A program made the position numbers and the translations under genes. Positions 48,459-61,429 of a stretch of DNA of 64,000 nucleotides are shown in pieces. This DNA is from Prorocentrum cordatum (Eukaryota). The first letter of the stretch is position 1. Each line of letters opens with the position of its first letter. The stretch is taken from positions 992,001 to 1,056,000 of the forward strand of contig CAUYUJ010000001.1 in assembly GCA_963575745.1 (NCBI GenBank). The letters are read 5' to 3'. The notes below the pieces were generated by a model. The model did no database searches and was not told the DNA's origin. It saw only the letters and a list, made by a program, of their open reading frames with translations.

Positions 48459-49558
48459 GGGAAAACAGAATTCCCCTAAACATGGCAGACGAGCCCTGAG
48501 CCCCAACCTGACGCAAGCCATTCTCGCGGAGGAAACCAAATAGCAGCCGTCGAGATATTCTGGGGCCTCTTTGGAGCCTCTTGGGGGCATCCTGGGGGCA
48601 TCCTGGGGGTCATGGAATCAATCTTGGAGGCAAAGGCCCCCAAGGCCAGTTCGAATTCGCCGCCTTGCGGCCTTCTTGGGCCGTCTTTGGGGCCGCTTGG
48701 GTCCTCTTGGGGTCGTTGGGCCCTCCTGGGCCCTCCCTGGGCCCTCTTGTTCCGTCTAGGGTCGCTTCGTGTTCCGTCTTGGGGCCGTGTGGGGCCTTCT
48801 GGGGGCCCTCCTGGAGCCCTCGTGGGCCGTCCTGGGTGGCCTCCTGTGCCGTCTTGGAGCCCTCCTGGGCTGGCTGGGGCCATCTGGGGGCCTCGTGGGG
48901 CTCTTGTAGACCTACTGAGCCTTCTGAGGTCTTCGGTCGCCCCAAAAAACGAGCACACCAAACTCCGTCAGGAACTAGCGGGAATCAGTGATTTGCACCG
49001 CTTGAGGGTCTTTTGGACGTCTTCTTGGAGCCTTATGGCGACGTCTTGGCAGCTTCCTGGACCGTCATGAGGCCATCTTTGGGATCCTCTCTTGGACTGT
49101 CTTGGGGCCGTCGTCTTGGGTTCTACTGGGAGCCTCTGGGATCGTCCTAGAAGCATCCTGGCTGTGTTGGGACAATCTTTAGCTGCATTGGAGATCCTGC
49201 AAGCCAAAAGTAGCACCGACATTCAAATTCAGGGGAATTCGGGGGGGGGCGATGTCAATGGACGCGTGCGACGAGGGGGGGCCAATCCTAGAAGCACTGA
49301 AGAATGTTTGCCAGAGCAGACGGGCATTCTTCCTCGCGCCAACGTGCCGCGGTGACGAATCTATGTCACGCGTCTGGGGTGAGATTGAACCGACACGGCG
49401 GCGAGAGTGTCAACAGGAGAAAAGCATTTGCACCTCTGTAGTCGCAGAGACGCCGTTCCGAGGCCGTCTTGTTGTATCTATATCCTCGGCGTCGAGTGAG
49501 CGCCGAGATTGTGTGCGCGGGTTGCCAGGCATCAGAAAGCAGCGTCCGTCGCCTGCAG
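48459..49558 (+). CDS. Candidate exons 48459-48531 and 49276-49558
   Basis: GKQNSPKHGRRALSPNLTQAILAE (GA donor) / GGPILEALKNVCQSRRAFFLAP...KQRPSPA (GC donor); phases 2-0-1. Confidence 0.5.
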
Positions 49559-49651
49559 GCGATGCGGCAGGCAGAGGGAGAGCCGGAGGGTTTGGGTTCA
49601 GAGCCAGAGAGTCGGGGTCCTGATGTTGGTTTCCTCTTTCTATTCCTTCCT

Positions 49652-49682
<31 letters not shown>

Positions 49683-49688
49683 CCTCGC

Positions 49689-49719
<31 letters not shown>

Positions 49720-49724
49720 CTCTT

Positions 49725-49775
<51 letters not shown>

Positions 49776-51322
49776 ATGGATCTCCCACAACAGCGCCTGC
49801 GCTTAGGAGTCCTTCCCTGTCTTCTGGAGAGCTGGGCCCGTCTGCGGGCCCAGCGGCCCCGTGCCCGGCCGTCGCCGGCCCCCCTTGGTTTCCAGATGCA
49901 GGGCCCGTCTGCGGGCCCGTCGGCTCCGTTCCCGTCCGTCGCCGCCGCCCCGCTGCACCCCTCGCCCCGCTCCCCCCGCTGCAGGCCTCGCCCCCCTCGT
50001 GTTCGCTTCGCAGTGCGTGGCGTCGTTTCGCATCTCAGTGCGATGTTCTGCATTGACTCACGCTGCTTCGAGTTGCGCTGCATTGCTTTGCATTGCTCTG
50101 CGTCGCATTAGATGTCGTTGTATTGCTTTGCGTTGCTTAGAGCTGTTTTGCATCGCGTGGTATTGCTTTGCATTGCATTGCATTGCTTTATAGTGATTGA
50201 CATTGCTTGTGCAGCACATAGATTGCATCACGTGGGTTGCACCACTTAGATTGCACCACATTGATTGCACTGCATAGACTGCAAGAAATAATTGTCCGGG
50301 ACTTACGCTAGGTAACATATTTGCATGTATTATAAAAGATATGTACATGTTCCCTTTTCTACATGTTTGCGATCCACGCGGGGGGTGGGGGGGAATCCCC
50401 CCCCCCAACCTGGGACCGCCGGATCCGTGGCCCCAGGGGCTTCCTGGACGCCCCTGCAGAAGGCCCCTTGGTCTTCCCGGCGCTCCGGCCCCAATCGGTC
50501 ACGAGAGCAGCCAAACGGCGCCCCGAGAACCCCCAAAAAGCCCCAGACACCCACGAGACGCCCGAAGACGACCCGAAAGAAGACACCCAAGAGGGTATTG
50601 AAACCGAACAAACCTTATTTCCCGTGGTTTTCAATTGATTTTAGGAATGCTCTGCTCTTCGGTCTTCCAGGCGTCCGAGACCGCCGAGGAGGCCCGAACA
50701 TGAAGGCAGTCCAACAGGCAGTCCAAGAGAACCCCAAGACGGCACAACAGGGCCCTAAGATGGCCGGAAGAAAGCCCCATGACGGCCCAAGATGGCCTCC
50801 AAATGCCCCCCGAAGCATTCCAAATCGTGGCCTGGTCGTTCAGGGAGGCCAGGGTTGTAAGCAGGGTGGCCCGAGGAAGCCTCCAGAAGGCGCCCAGGAG
50901 ACCTCCAGAGGGCCCCAAGAAGTCCTTTCAAAACTTTCGCGCGGCCTCCAAGAGGCTCTCCCAGGAGGAGTCTCCGCAAAAAGAGCGGAGGATGGGGAAG
51001 AATTCGCAAGGCAGGGCGACCATGAGAAAGAGGAAGAGACATTATGAGGGAATGATATCGACGATGCCGGAAAAGGCAACAAGGAGTTAATTGTAAGTTG
51101 TGAGTTGATGTTGGTTTTCAATTTGCATGCCCGATTTCAATGACTAGGGTGCATGGCGCGAAGCGCCAATGAAGTCTTGTGTATACATCGATGTATAAAT
51201 AGACAGTATAGAATCAAAACGTATACACATACACATTTACATGTGCATATATCCATATGTGTGTCTCTTTCTACACTCATGTTCTTTGTGTGTCTCAGTT
51301 TTCCTCCTGTTGTATCTCTCTC

Positions 51323-51355
<33 letters not shown>

Positions 51356-51743
51356 TTTTCTCTCTCTCTCTCTCTCTCTCTTTCTAGATATCCCTCCATC
51401 CCTCCGTCGTTCTCTCGATATGTGTACTTGTGACGCGCTCCAAAGGGGGCATTGCCTTCGGAGAGGACAAGGATCAGGGGCACCCAGGAGGCGGGGTAGC
51501 CATGGCCAGGGCCATAATATCTCCCAGATTTCCAGCACATCCGCTGCCGCCCCCCCCCCGCCGCTCTAACCCGCTCGTCCGCGTACATGCCTCGGGCCAC
51601 TATGCGCCCCCCCCGTTCCTGGTTCCCCTCTTTGGCACGCCCGAAGCGAGAAGGAGGAGGGGCAGCAGTGAGGAGGGGGGAGCGAGGAGACGCGCGGTTA
51701 GCGGGGAGCCAGTTGTTCGCGTGGTCGTTCGCGCTTCTCCGAG

Positions 51744-51883
51744 GGAGCACAACTCTCAGGCAGATGCCGACGTCGTCGGGGCCCAAACGCCTGCGTAGGG
51801 CTGCCCGGCCCTTCTTGGTGGGCCCCGCACTGATTGTTATTTACGTCCTGCAGCTCTTTCTGTATGAGCTTGGGGACGCGCAA
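51744..51883 (+). CDS. Exon with transmembrane segment
   Basis: ...KRLRRAARPFLVGPALIVIYVLQLFLYELGDAQ|GT. Acceptor at 51743 or 51759; an extra exon at about 51011-51083 is possible. Confidence 0.6.
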
Positions 51884-52368
51884 GTGCCACTTGTGCGTGC
51901 ACATCTCCAACTCCCAGACAGTGTTTGCACCTCTTCGGCGTTCTGACCCATGATGCCTAAGCTGCTGGATGGGTGCACCGAGGATGTTCCACGTGGGCGC
52001 CCCGTGCCCGCCCAAGGGCGCCTCGTTCGCGCTCGAGGGCCCCGGACCCCTGGTGGGCCCGCCCGTGGGCGCCTCGTGGGCGACCGTGGGGCACCCCGCA
52101 CCCTGGTTTGGGTCCGCCGACGCTTCGCCTCGCTGGCGCCCCGAAGGCGCCTCGTGGGCGCTCGGGGGCGCCGCGTGTCCTGGGTGGGTCTGCCGGGGTG
52201 TCGCCTGGCGCCCGTCCGGGGGCGCCTCCTGGGCGCCGAGCTCACACCGCACAGCCTGCACCGCACAGCTCACACCGCACAGCTGACACCACCTGGTTCA
52301 CACCGCACAGTTCGCAGCAAGATAGCTCGCACCACACAGTTGACGCAGCATTGTTGAAGCCAGCCGAG

Positions 52369-52494
52369 GCGTTCCAGAGAGGGCCTCGCCTTCGAGGATC
52401 GGAGACGGGGGCGGCTCCGCCAGCGGAAGGCTGGCGGAAGGCGGTGGAGGTAAAGGATGCGCCCCCGAGAGATGACGACATGGTTGGGTTCCGG
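52369..52494 (+). CDS. Internal exon (phase 0-0)
   Basis: GAG|GCG...AFQRGPRLRGSETGAAPPAEGWRKAVEVKDAPPRDDDMVGFR|GT. Unique island between cacacagct repeats. Confidence 0.6.
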
Positions 52495-53022
52495 GTTGCC
52501 GGAATCGGCCACACAGCTCACACCACGCGTATTACACAGCATCGGAAGCATCACACAGTTATCTCCGCACAGTTTAGACGACACGGCTAACACAGCATAG
52601 CCTATTCCGCGAGCAGCCCAGTTCCACAGTACAATAATTCACTGCTTAGTGCCCGACCGTGGGCACTTCGTGGGCGCTCAGCTCACACCGCATAACTGGT
52701 ACCACATGTCAAGCAGTGGCGAAGCGTCCTGGCTCGCCTATAGGCTCACCAAAGAATGTTCTAAGAACCTGTGATGGTCTGCACGAAATGTTCTTAGAAC
52801 ATGTCTGGCTGGGACTTCTGTTGTAACACAACCTCGGGCTTATGCTCTAAGAACCTTGTTTTTGTTATAAGAACAGTGTTGGGTTCCAAGAGCATTTCAT
52901 GGTAGGCCGATGGGAATGCTGGGACGACCGGTCCCTGCTCAAACGTAGGTCATACCGCAGAGCTTACAAAACATTGCTCACACCCCCAGCTTACGCAACA
53001 TTGCTGACACCACATAGCTCTC

Positions 53023-53055
<33 letters not shown>

Positions 53056-53057
53056 TG

Positions 53058-53088
<31 letters not shown>

Positions 53089-53294
53089 CCTTTCTCAACA
53101 TACTTTACGCAGCATCGCAAGCATGCCACAGTTTACCCCACGTATCTTAATCCGCACATACCCCACCTCCACTGTGCAATGACTCACTGTTTGGGCCCAT
53201 GCTGGCTAACACCCTCTCCTTATGTCCGTACGTGTCTTTCTCCCTCGCTTTCTTTGGGATGCCGTACGGCGTAGGGAATCCCAGGGCCACACAG

Positions 53295-54955
53295 GGGAGA
53301 CTGTCTGGGGACAAGGAATCGGACGCAGCGGACACATTGGGGAGCTTTCTTGTTCTGAGCCCAGTGGGGGAAGCGATTAGTGTGAAAATTGGTGTTCTAG
53401 TTATTTTGTCCTCTTGGCCGTACCACGCCGACATACGTTTTAGTTTCGATCGAAGACGCATTCGGCGAGTCACCGCCGCCCCCTGCCTCTTGAAAAACAA
53501 ACATGTCGTGAAAAGTCGAGCGGGCACGCTTGTGGAAAGTATGTCCCCACAACTGTTGGGGAGGGAGGGGCCATCTCGGGGCTACCTTGGGGGTATGTTC
53601 TGGCCTTCTGGGCCTTCGGGCTGGCCTCCCTTCTTTGGCCATCTTGGAACTCTCTGGAGCCGTCTTTGAGCCGTTCGGTGCCTTCGGAGGCCGTCTTGAG
53701 AGTTCATATCGGCCGTCTTGTGTCTCTCCGGGAGCCATGCAGGACCGTCTTGGATTATCTGGGGAACCTAATGGGCCGTCTTGGGGTTCTCTTAGGGACC
53801 TTCTCAACCTTCTTGGGATAATATCATGGGCCGGCAGGGGAGAGTCTGAAGCTCATGGAAGACAAGAAAGATGTAACTAAGTGTGTACTGATCGAGGCCC
53901 TCCTGGGGAACTTGTTCGAGCCTTCTTGGGGCATATTGTTGCCGCTTGGGGCGTCCTGAGGCCATATTGGGTCGCCTTGGGGCTCGAGATTCTCTGGAGG
54001 TCACAGGGGCAATTTGGCGACCGATGCCCTCTTGAAGCAATCGTCGGCTGGAAAGCCGATGGAAGACATCTTTTATGAGCGCTTCCAGGTGGCCGCTTAC
54101 TCGGGGCGAGGGCCACCGGGAATCGTTTGGAAGTGCCAAGAATCATCGTGGAGAAAAGAGCCCCTAGCCCTAATTACAGAGTGAAGGCGTGGCCTCACTT
54201 AGGCCCCCGTCTCTGCATTAGGGATAAAACTCTGGGCGGCTTGGTTTTATACATCTGCAGAAAACACCCCTATCCCCAATGTGTTTGGCCCTCCCAACTT
54301 AGGTCCCCTCCCACAGGGTTAGGGATTTTTTGTGCTAAATGAGGAAGTCTTGAGAGTTTGTAGCGCCAGCGCCCCTCCGCAGACTCTGGGGGTGGCGGAT
54401 CTAAGTGGCTTTCGGCCCAACTCTACGCGGCTCACGGCTAGTGAGCCCAGGGGCCCGTTCAAGGCTTCTTGGGCTGCCCCTTGGAGGCCTCCTGAGAATC
54501 CCCAGGAGGTCCGATTGGGGTCTCGTGAGGGCCCACTCGAGGGCCTTCCCGGCTGGCTCGGGGGTCATCTCGGGGCGGCGAGCCCGAAATGCGAGTCCGG
54601 GTTCCCCGCCCAGGGCGCCCCCTGCGCCCCTCTTCGGGCCCGTCTTGGGGGGCGAGTTTTGCAGGCTTCTCGAGCCGTCTTGGGCGCTCGAACGAGCAGG
54701 CGATCAGGCTTCAATCATGTATGAATAACAACCTCAGGTATTTCGATGATGTGGGCCTCTTGGGCCAGCCCCGACAGCCCAAGAGACCCCTCAGGAGGAG
54801 TCAAGGAGGGACCCCTGGCACCATCTCAAGGCATGTTGGATGGGGAGACCACCAACCACGCTCCCGATGCTTCTAGGACAGTTGCGCAGGGCGCTCACGA
54901 ATCAACCGGATAGTCCCAGTTGCGCACAAAACTTCTGTGGTCTGGTCACTGACAG
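53295..54955 (+). CDS. Candidate exons 53295-~53341, 54344-54391, 54877-54955
   Basis: GRLSGDKESDAADTL / EVLRVCSASAPPQTLG / DSCAGRSRINRIVPVAHKTSVVWSLT. The first donor is unresolved. Confidence 0.4.
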
Positions 54956-55914
54956 GTGTAGATCGTAAAATATCGCGGAGAGTTCAAAGGGAATTGAGGA
55001 TCCTCCACTTCGTGCCTCGCGGCACAGTGGCGGATTTGATGTGATGTATGATCCAGGGCTGCCCCTCCAAAGCAGATGGGATCGAGCCCACCACCGCTGG
55101 ACCGATACGCCCGTGAGCCTCGCGAAGGCCTCGCGAGTGGGATCCCTCTCCTCCCCCCTTGTGGTCGTGGTCCTGTGGCGTGGTGGAGGGTGTCGGTGCC
55201 CCCCGCCTCCCCCTGCGAGTGTGGGGCAGTTCGTCGTCGTCGTCTTCCGTCGGCGTCGGCGTCGGCGTCTTCCATCCCCGATCGTCCTCGAGCCTCGATC
55301 CTCGAACCTCCTCGACCCTCGATCCCCCCCGTGCCTAGAAGCGCGCTCCTCGATCCTCCTAGAGCCTGGAGCCCGGAGCCTCGAGCCTCCCCTCAGGGGG
55401 GGGATAAGGCGGCCAGGGAGCGCGCCAGAGCAGGGCACGAGCCCGTGGGCGTGGCGTATCCTCGCGGAGAGCGGCCCGCGCACCACGGGCCCCGCACGAG
55501 CAGCACGGAGGGGGGCAGCGGGGCCCGGCCCCCGGGTGGGCGCTCCTGCTCCGGCGCTGCCTCCGGCCCCGCCCCCCGACGAGGGCCACGGCGCCGCGCC
55601 GCGCCCGGACCGACGCCCCCCGACCCCACCCCCCGACGCTGCCCACAGCGCCGCCCCCGACGGCGTTTCCGCCCGCCGCCGCTCCCTCCCTGGGCCGACG
55701 ACCCCACTCCGATGCCGCATCCGCCCTCGACGAAGGCGCCGGCGCCGTACCAGAGGGCACGTTTGGTTCAGCGACTCGCGCTCCCAGGCCCCCTCGCGTC
55801 GTGGAAAAGTCGCGGCGGGCTTTTTTTGTTTCGCTGTTTTCGGCCTCAGGGTTCCTTACCGAGCCTCGGGGCCATCAGACACTGACTCGGAGTGAGCAGC
55901 CAGTCTTTGGGAAG

Positions 55915-56030
55915 GGGTCCAGACCTCTGGGGGTCCACGTCATGACAAAAACGATGTCGGGGGTCTGGGTCACTGGATCGTCACACTGGTGCTACTCGTG
56001 TTACCCTTTGGATCGTGCTGCGTACCCTCG
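55915..56030 (+). CDS. Exon with second hydrophobic segment
   Basis: AAG|GG...VQTSGGPRHDKNDVGGLGHWIVTLVLLVLPFGSCCVPS|GTGAG; phase 1-0 fits the previous exon. Confidence 0.55.
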
Positions 56031-56489
56031 GTGAGGAGTCTACTTCGCGAATCTAGTCTCTTGTACCAGTCGTTGGACTCCTCCTCCTCCTCCTCCTCCT
56101 CCTCCTTCTCCTCCTTCTCCTCCTCTGGATTGGCTAGATGAGGGGGAAGAACGACGAGGAGGGCGAGCGGTGCTCGTGAGATCTTAGACTCCCAGCCAAG
56201 CCGCGCGCCCACGAGGCGGCACTGGCGACAGCGTGTCGAAAGCCCAGCGCACACACCCCGAGGCGCGGGGCGCCCACGAGGCGGCCACGAGGCGGCCACG
56301 AGGCGGCGACCTGCCTCCCAGGCGCGTGGTGCCCACGAGGCGCCCACGAGGCGGCACTGGCGGGCAGGGCGGGGGAGGCCCGGCACACCCTCCGAGCGCG
56401 GGGCGCCCACGAGGCGGCGCGAGCAGCAACGTGGCGCAACCTCGGCACACGGCCCAAGCGCGGGGCGCCCACGAGGCGGCACGAAAACC

Positions 56490-56541
56490 CGACACACACA
56501 CACAACACACACCACACACACACAACACACACACACACAAC

Positions 56542-56583
<42 letters not shown>

Positions 56584-56739
56584 CACACACACACACACAC
56601 ACACACAACACACCACAACACACACACACACAACACACACACACACACGCACACAACACACGCACACACACACACACAACACACACAACACACGACACAC
56701 ACACACAACACAACACACACACACACACACACACACAAC

Positions 56740-56779
<40 letters not shown>

Positions 56780-56927
56780 CACACGCACACACACACACAC
56801 ACAACACACACACACACGCACACAACACACGCACACACACACACAACACACACACACAACACACACACACACAACACACACACACACACACACAACACAC
56901 ACAACACACACACACACAACACACAAC

Positions 56928-56958
<31 letters not shown>

Positions 56959-57058
56959 ACACACACACAACACACACACAACACACGCACAACACACACA
57001 CACACACAACACACACACGCACACACGCACACGCACACGCACACGCACACGCACACGC

Positions 57059-57127
<69 letters not shown>

Positions 57128-57155
57128 CACACAACACAACACAACACACACACAT
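56490..57155. repeat. (CA)n microsatellite
   Basis: Directly visible. Confidence 0.95.
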
Positions 57156-57559
57156 CAAGTTCCCTAAGTGCGCAAAGGAAGAATCCCTAGCTGCAAGCAT
57201 TGTTTGGGGAAAAAGTAAGAGCCCCTAAAGTGTGCAAGCACTGCTTGAGCAAATATACCCTCACCGCTGCTCGTCCTGGGGAGAGATCTCGCCGCCACGG
57301 CTGGATTCTCGTCGAAACTCTGCTCGGAACGCACACTGGGAGAGATCTGGGAAGTAGCTGTATCGTTGCTTTTTGCCCCGCCCTCCCCCGCTATGTCGCT
57401 GTTGCGCATCCTGGCGCGGCCGACCCAATTGGACCTCGGCCTCGCGCCAGATGCAGCCCTTCCCGACGCACACCCCGATTCGGACTGATTTCCCGATTCG
57501 ATGTTGGTTGATCCTCCCCCCCACCACATTTCCCTCAGGGGCAACGCTAGGGAGGGGAC

Positions 57560-57715
57560 AGCCTCAGGCGGGGGACGCAACGACCCCTAATCGCCCATTG
57601 ATCGCCGATAAGGGGCCGGATAGCCCGCCCAGGAACCTGCGGTTTCGTTATCGGGGGCCCATCACCGATATATCGGCGATGTACAGCCGAGTCCAGCTTG
57701 ATGTTTCCCCCCATG
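57560..57715 (+). repeat. Interspersed repeat, other copy at 19320-19500
   Basis: tatcggcgatgta..gccga.tccagct.gatgtttcccccc shared. Confidence 0.75.
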
Positions 57716-58592
57716 AGTCGGATCCTCCCTGACGTCCCCCATTCACATTCCTTGCGCATCCCGGCGCGGTTGATCCGACTCCTCGACCCCGTGCCGACGA
57801 TGCAGCCTGACCCGACGCACAGGCCCAGTCAGGCATGGGATCGGGATGGATCGCTCCAGAGCGCTCTGGAGCGAGACGATCTGGAACGGCCGCGGCGCCT
57901 GATACATCCTCCAGACTCGCTGGATCTACGAGATTCCCGCGGTGTGTCCCGATCCGGCGTTGTCCCGCTCCTGGCCTCGTGTTGCATTCCCAGTCGGGGC
58001 GATTTCCCGATTCGATGCCAGGGGGGGACTCACCGAGCCCAATCGCCAAGTGGTTGCCCAGCGACACCCAAACGCCCACTGACCACCGGTGCGGGCCGGT
58101 TCGAGGCTGGCCGCCGCCTCCTCCTGCTCCTCCTCCTCGGACAGACTTCCCTGCCGATCCCCCGCGCCCACGCCCCTCCGCAGGGCCTCCCCCCGAGGGC
58201 CCCTCGCCGCGGCGCCGCGGCGCCCGCGCCACATGCCCGGGCAGAGGTCCGGCGCCGAGGGCGAGGGGCGGGATGCGCGCGTGGAGGACCCGGTGGGGCG
58301 GGGGGCCCCGGGCCGCGGGGAAACTCGGAGGCGGGCGCGCCGAGAGACAAAGGGTCGCCTTTTGGTTGGCCCTCGGGAGGGGGCCCTTCGTCGCCACGGC
58401 CGGACGCAGCTCAGAAAGCTGGTGCGTTTGGACCCCTCTCCTCCTCCTCCTCCTCCTCCTCCTCCTCCTCCTCCTCCTCCTCCTCCTCCTCCTCCTCCTC
58501 CTCCTCCTCCTCCTCGGGTTTGAGCCGCCGGTGAGCGAGGGCTTTCTGTCAGGGGCGGCCTCATCGACCCCCAGCAGACCATCCCCTTCCAG

Positions 58593-58690
58593 GGACGTCC
58601 CCCTCGCCTCACCCCAAGACGCACGTGTGCGGCCGGAAGGAGGCCTGGAAGGAGAGGAGGACGTCACAGCGGGCGCTCGTCACGGAAGGA
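58593..58690 (+). CDS. Candidate exon preceding the ArfGAP exon
   Basis: TTCCAG|G acceptor; one frame reads TSPSPHPKTHVCGRKEAWKERRTSQRALVT(E). Frame and donor are ambiguous. Confidence 0.35.
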
Positions 58691-58849
58691 GTCGGATAGG
58701 CCGCGCCCGACTGTCATAAAGAAGGACAGTGGAGCGCCCGAGAAAATTGCGGCCGTGGATCCAGGCATTCTCCTCTCTTCGCTTTCTCAGAGTGGGATTT
58801 GAAAAATCCTGGTCAGCAATGTCTTGGTTTAGGGGGCCCTGAAATAAAA

Positions 58850-61050
58850 GCGCCACCGCCACTACCGCCAGGGGTGCCAACTCCTGCGAGGATGTCCAAT
58901 GCCCAGTCAAACGCGCGCGGCGCGCGGGCAGCGGACGACGCATGTCTGTATCATCCACGGTTTTGTCTTGGCCAACACGTTCGATCTCGCGGACGACTGG
59001 CGGGCGCATTCGAATCAAGATTCGAAGGAGCAGCATGGTCAGACTCTATCAAATTATCAGGCCGCTTCCGAGATGGGTTCGCGCAGATTGCCCCGACGGT
59101 TGGATCGCGGCCCCGACCGCCGACCAGTCGCGCCACGCGCGCGCGCGCGCGCCCGCCAGAGAGCTCGCGCACTGGAACAGCAATGCAGTTGGACCTCGGC
59201 AGTTGGCGCCAAGCGACACGGCGAGGCCTCGGATGCGAAGCGCGAGCAAGAGCAGCCAAGAAGAAATATATGTTTGGGGAAACGAAACACATGGAAGGGC
59301 GCGGGGCAAGCGCGCTGGAGGAGAACATTCTTGCGCCGGCAACGGCGCAGACGTCCGAAGGCACCGACATGGAGCTAAATTCTTCGACTGCCGAGCGGCG
59401 GGGCCCGCGAGGATTGGCTTGGGCGCCGAGGGGAAGAAGGAACGTCGGCTCGCGAAACGCAAGAGGATCAGAAAAACACCACGAAGCAGGCCGCAAGAAA
59501 ATTGGGAAGCACGCGTCGGCGGAACCCCGACGATCTTTCGAGGCGCATCGGGACTCGCTGCGGCGGGGGGGGGCAGCAATGAGAATTTCAAACAGCAGCG
59601 ATTAAACAAACGCGCTGCTGGCGTCGAGCACGTCGTCGATAGAAGCAGCACTTCAGCGGCGCCCGCATTCTTCTCCAACAAGCCCCACGCCGGCAGAGGC
59701 AGTCCAAGGAGCTATCGCAAAGCCGTTGCCAAAGATACACCGCCGTTCACAGTGGAATGGCTGGACATGGCCCTGAATATTGTGAAATGCAGAAAATGCA
59801 AGGACGAGTCCGGGGCGGTTGCGGACACGCCGAAGACAATTGCACGATTAGCGACCCATAGCTAGAAAGCTAATCCTGCACAAATTGCCCGCCCGCCCGT
59901 TGCGAGTCAGATTCCATCCACCAAGCGTCTCTGCGCAGTGCCCAGACCAGGCTGCGCATCGGAAGGGGCATTCGACGCTTGACTACTCAGTCACACTGAA
60001 TTTATTCACTGAAGGATCTGCAACGTGGAGCCAATCGCTTCGGATGGCTCTCATGGATTTAAAACAAAAGCGCTCGCTGCTGCAGAACACTCTGCGATTT
60101 GTATTCCCCCGCCGCAGAAGCTGAATTGCCACTGATCAGCCACTGTCGCGGCGAGAGAAGATGGAAGTACGCTTTCGCGCACAGTAGCACAGCTGGCGCG
60201 GACTTCATCAGTTCAGGACTGGGTCATGGCATGGTTTTATAATGGACTCCGCGGAGGACCTGCTGACGAATCAACGGTTTGCGGACGCTCTCCTTGCATA
60301 GGCGCGCAGCATGGATTTAGCGAAGGAGTGTCCCCCAGAATGCGTTTGGTGCCCAGCTTGGGAGAACCAAGGTTCTTGCAAATCCCGCGGGAAAGGGTCC
60401 AACGACAGAGCACAGATCTGGGTAGGACGTCGAGATCTTGAAGCTTGGGGATTCGGAACGATTTCCGGGAACGCATCTTCCCCCTTTGCGGTTTTTCATG
60501 AAACTGAAATATCAAATAGATTGCTGCCTGCGTGGAGAGCACTCGCCAAATGCATGAATAATATATGTTCTCGGTCGTGCCTGTTGAGGAAGCGCTTGCG
60601 CCTGTTCGAAAGCGTTGTGAGCCCAGTCGCGCACAATGTGCGCGAGTGCTGGACGCCGAACGCCGGATACCGCGTCCAGAGACATACTCAAAGTTGCATA
60701 GAGAAGGATGTTCCGCAGCATGCATCGCACGGCTAGGGGCGTGGACACGTCATTCGCGGAGTACATGAAGCGTACGATTCGTAGGATAGAGAAGTGTTGT
60801 TCCAAATTCAAAATCAGAAGCTGGGCGCCCGTTCGAAGTACTCGCAAGACCGCGCTCGCCGCCCGCATCTTCTTCGACACAGACAACACATGGAACAAAC
60901 GGTCGTTGAATTGGACGCCGTGGTCCCGGACAGAAGCCACACAATCGATCGGGAGACCTCGTCTGAGATGGGGAGATCCGTTGGATGCGTTACGCGGCCT
61001 CCCTGTGCGCGTTTCACCAGATGCGTTGTCCCCCGTTGGTTGACGCACGT
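58850..61050 (+). mobile_element. Decayed RTE-like non-LTR retrotransposon (reverse transcriptase)
   Basis: Frameshifted motifs in order: PFTVEWLDMALNIVKCRKCKDESGAVAD, QCPDQAAHRKGHSTLDY, LRMALMDLK, FHETEISNRL..AWRA, LRKRLRLFESVVSP, WNKRSLNWTP, IGRPRLRWGD. Confidence 0.9.
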
Positions 61051-61429
61051 CTGCCGCTCAGGGGACCGTTCTGGCTACAAGAGCTGGCACGCAGACTCCA
61101 TGCCCCTATCTTGTTCTCGCTGCAGCGAGAGCATAATTTTGGAAGGACCGAGAACGCGCGGACGGCATTGAAAAAACCGTACAAAAGCAACAAGAAAACA
61201 AATTGTGCATTCTATTGCGTGTAAACACTACGCGGAGGGGGGCGGGCGGTTCCATGGCCATCTTCGGGGTGGGGAGGAGAGTGTTCTTCACATTAAGTAG
61301 CTGTGGAGGGGGAGGGGGAGAGAGAGAGAGAGGAAAGTGATGATGAAGATAGAAGGCGGAGGCGGAGGAGGATGAGGAATCGGAGAGATGGAGGAGGAGG
61401 AGGAGGAGGAGGAGGAGGAGGAGGAGGAC

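Noticed and set aside
55970..57228. Cys/Val and His/Thr ORFs, and a minus-strand SNDWYKRLDSR exon
   Set aside because: (CA)n artefact; the plus-strand reading of 55915-56030 fits the exon chain better.
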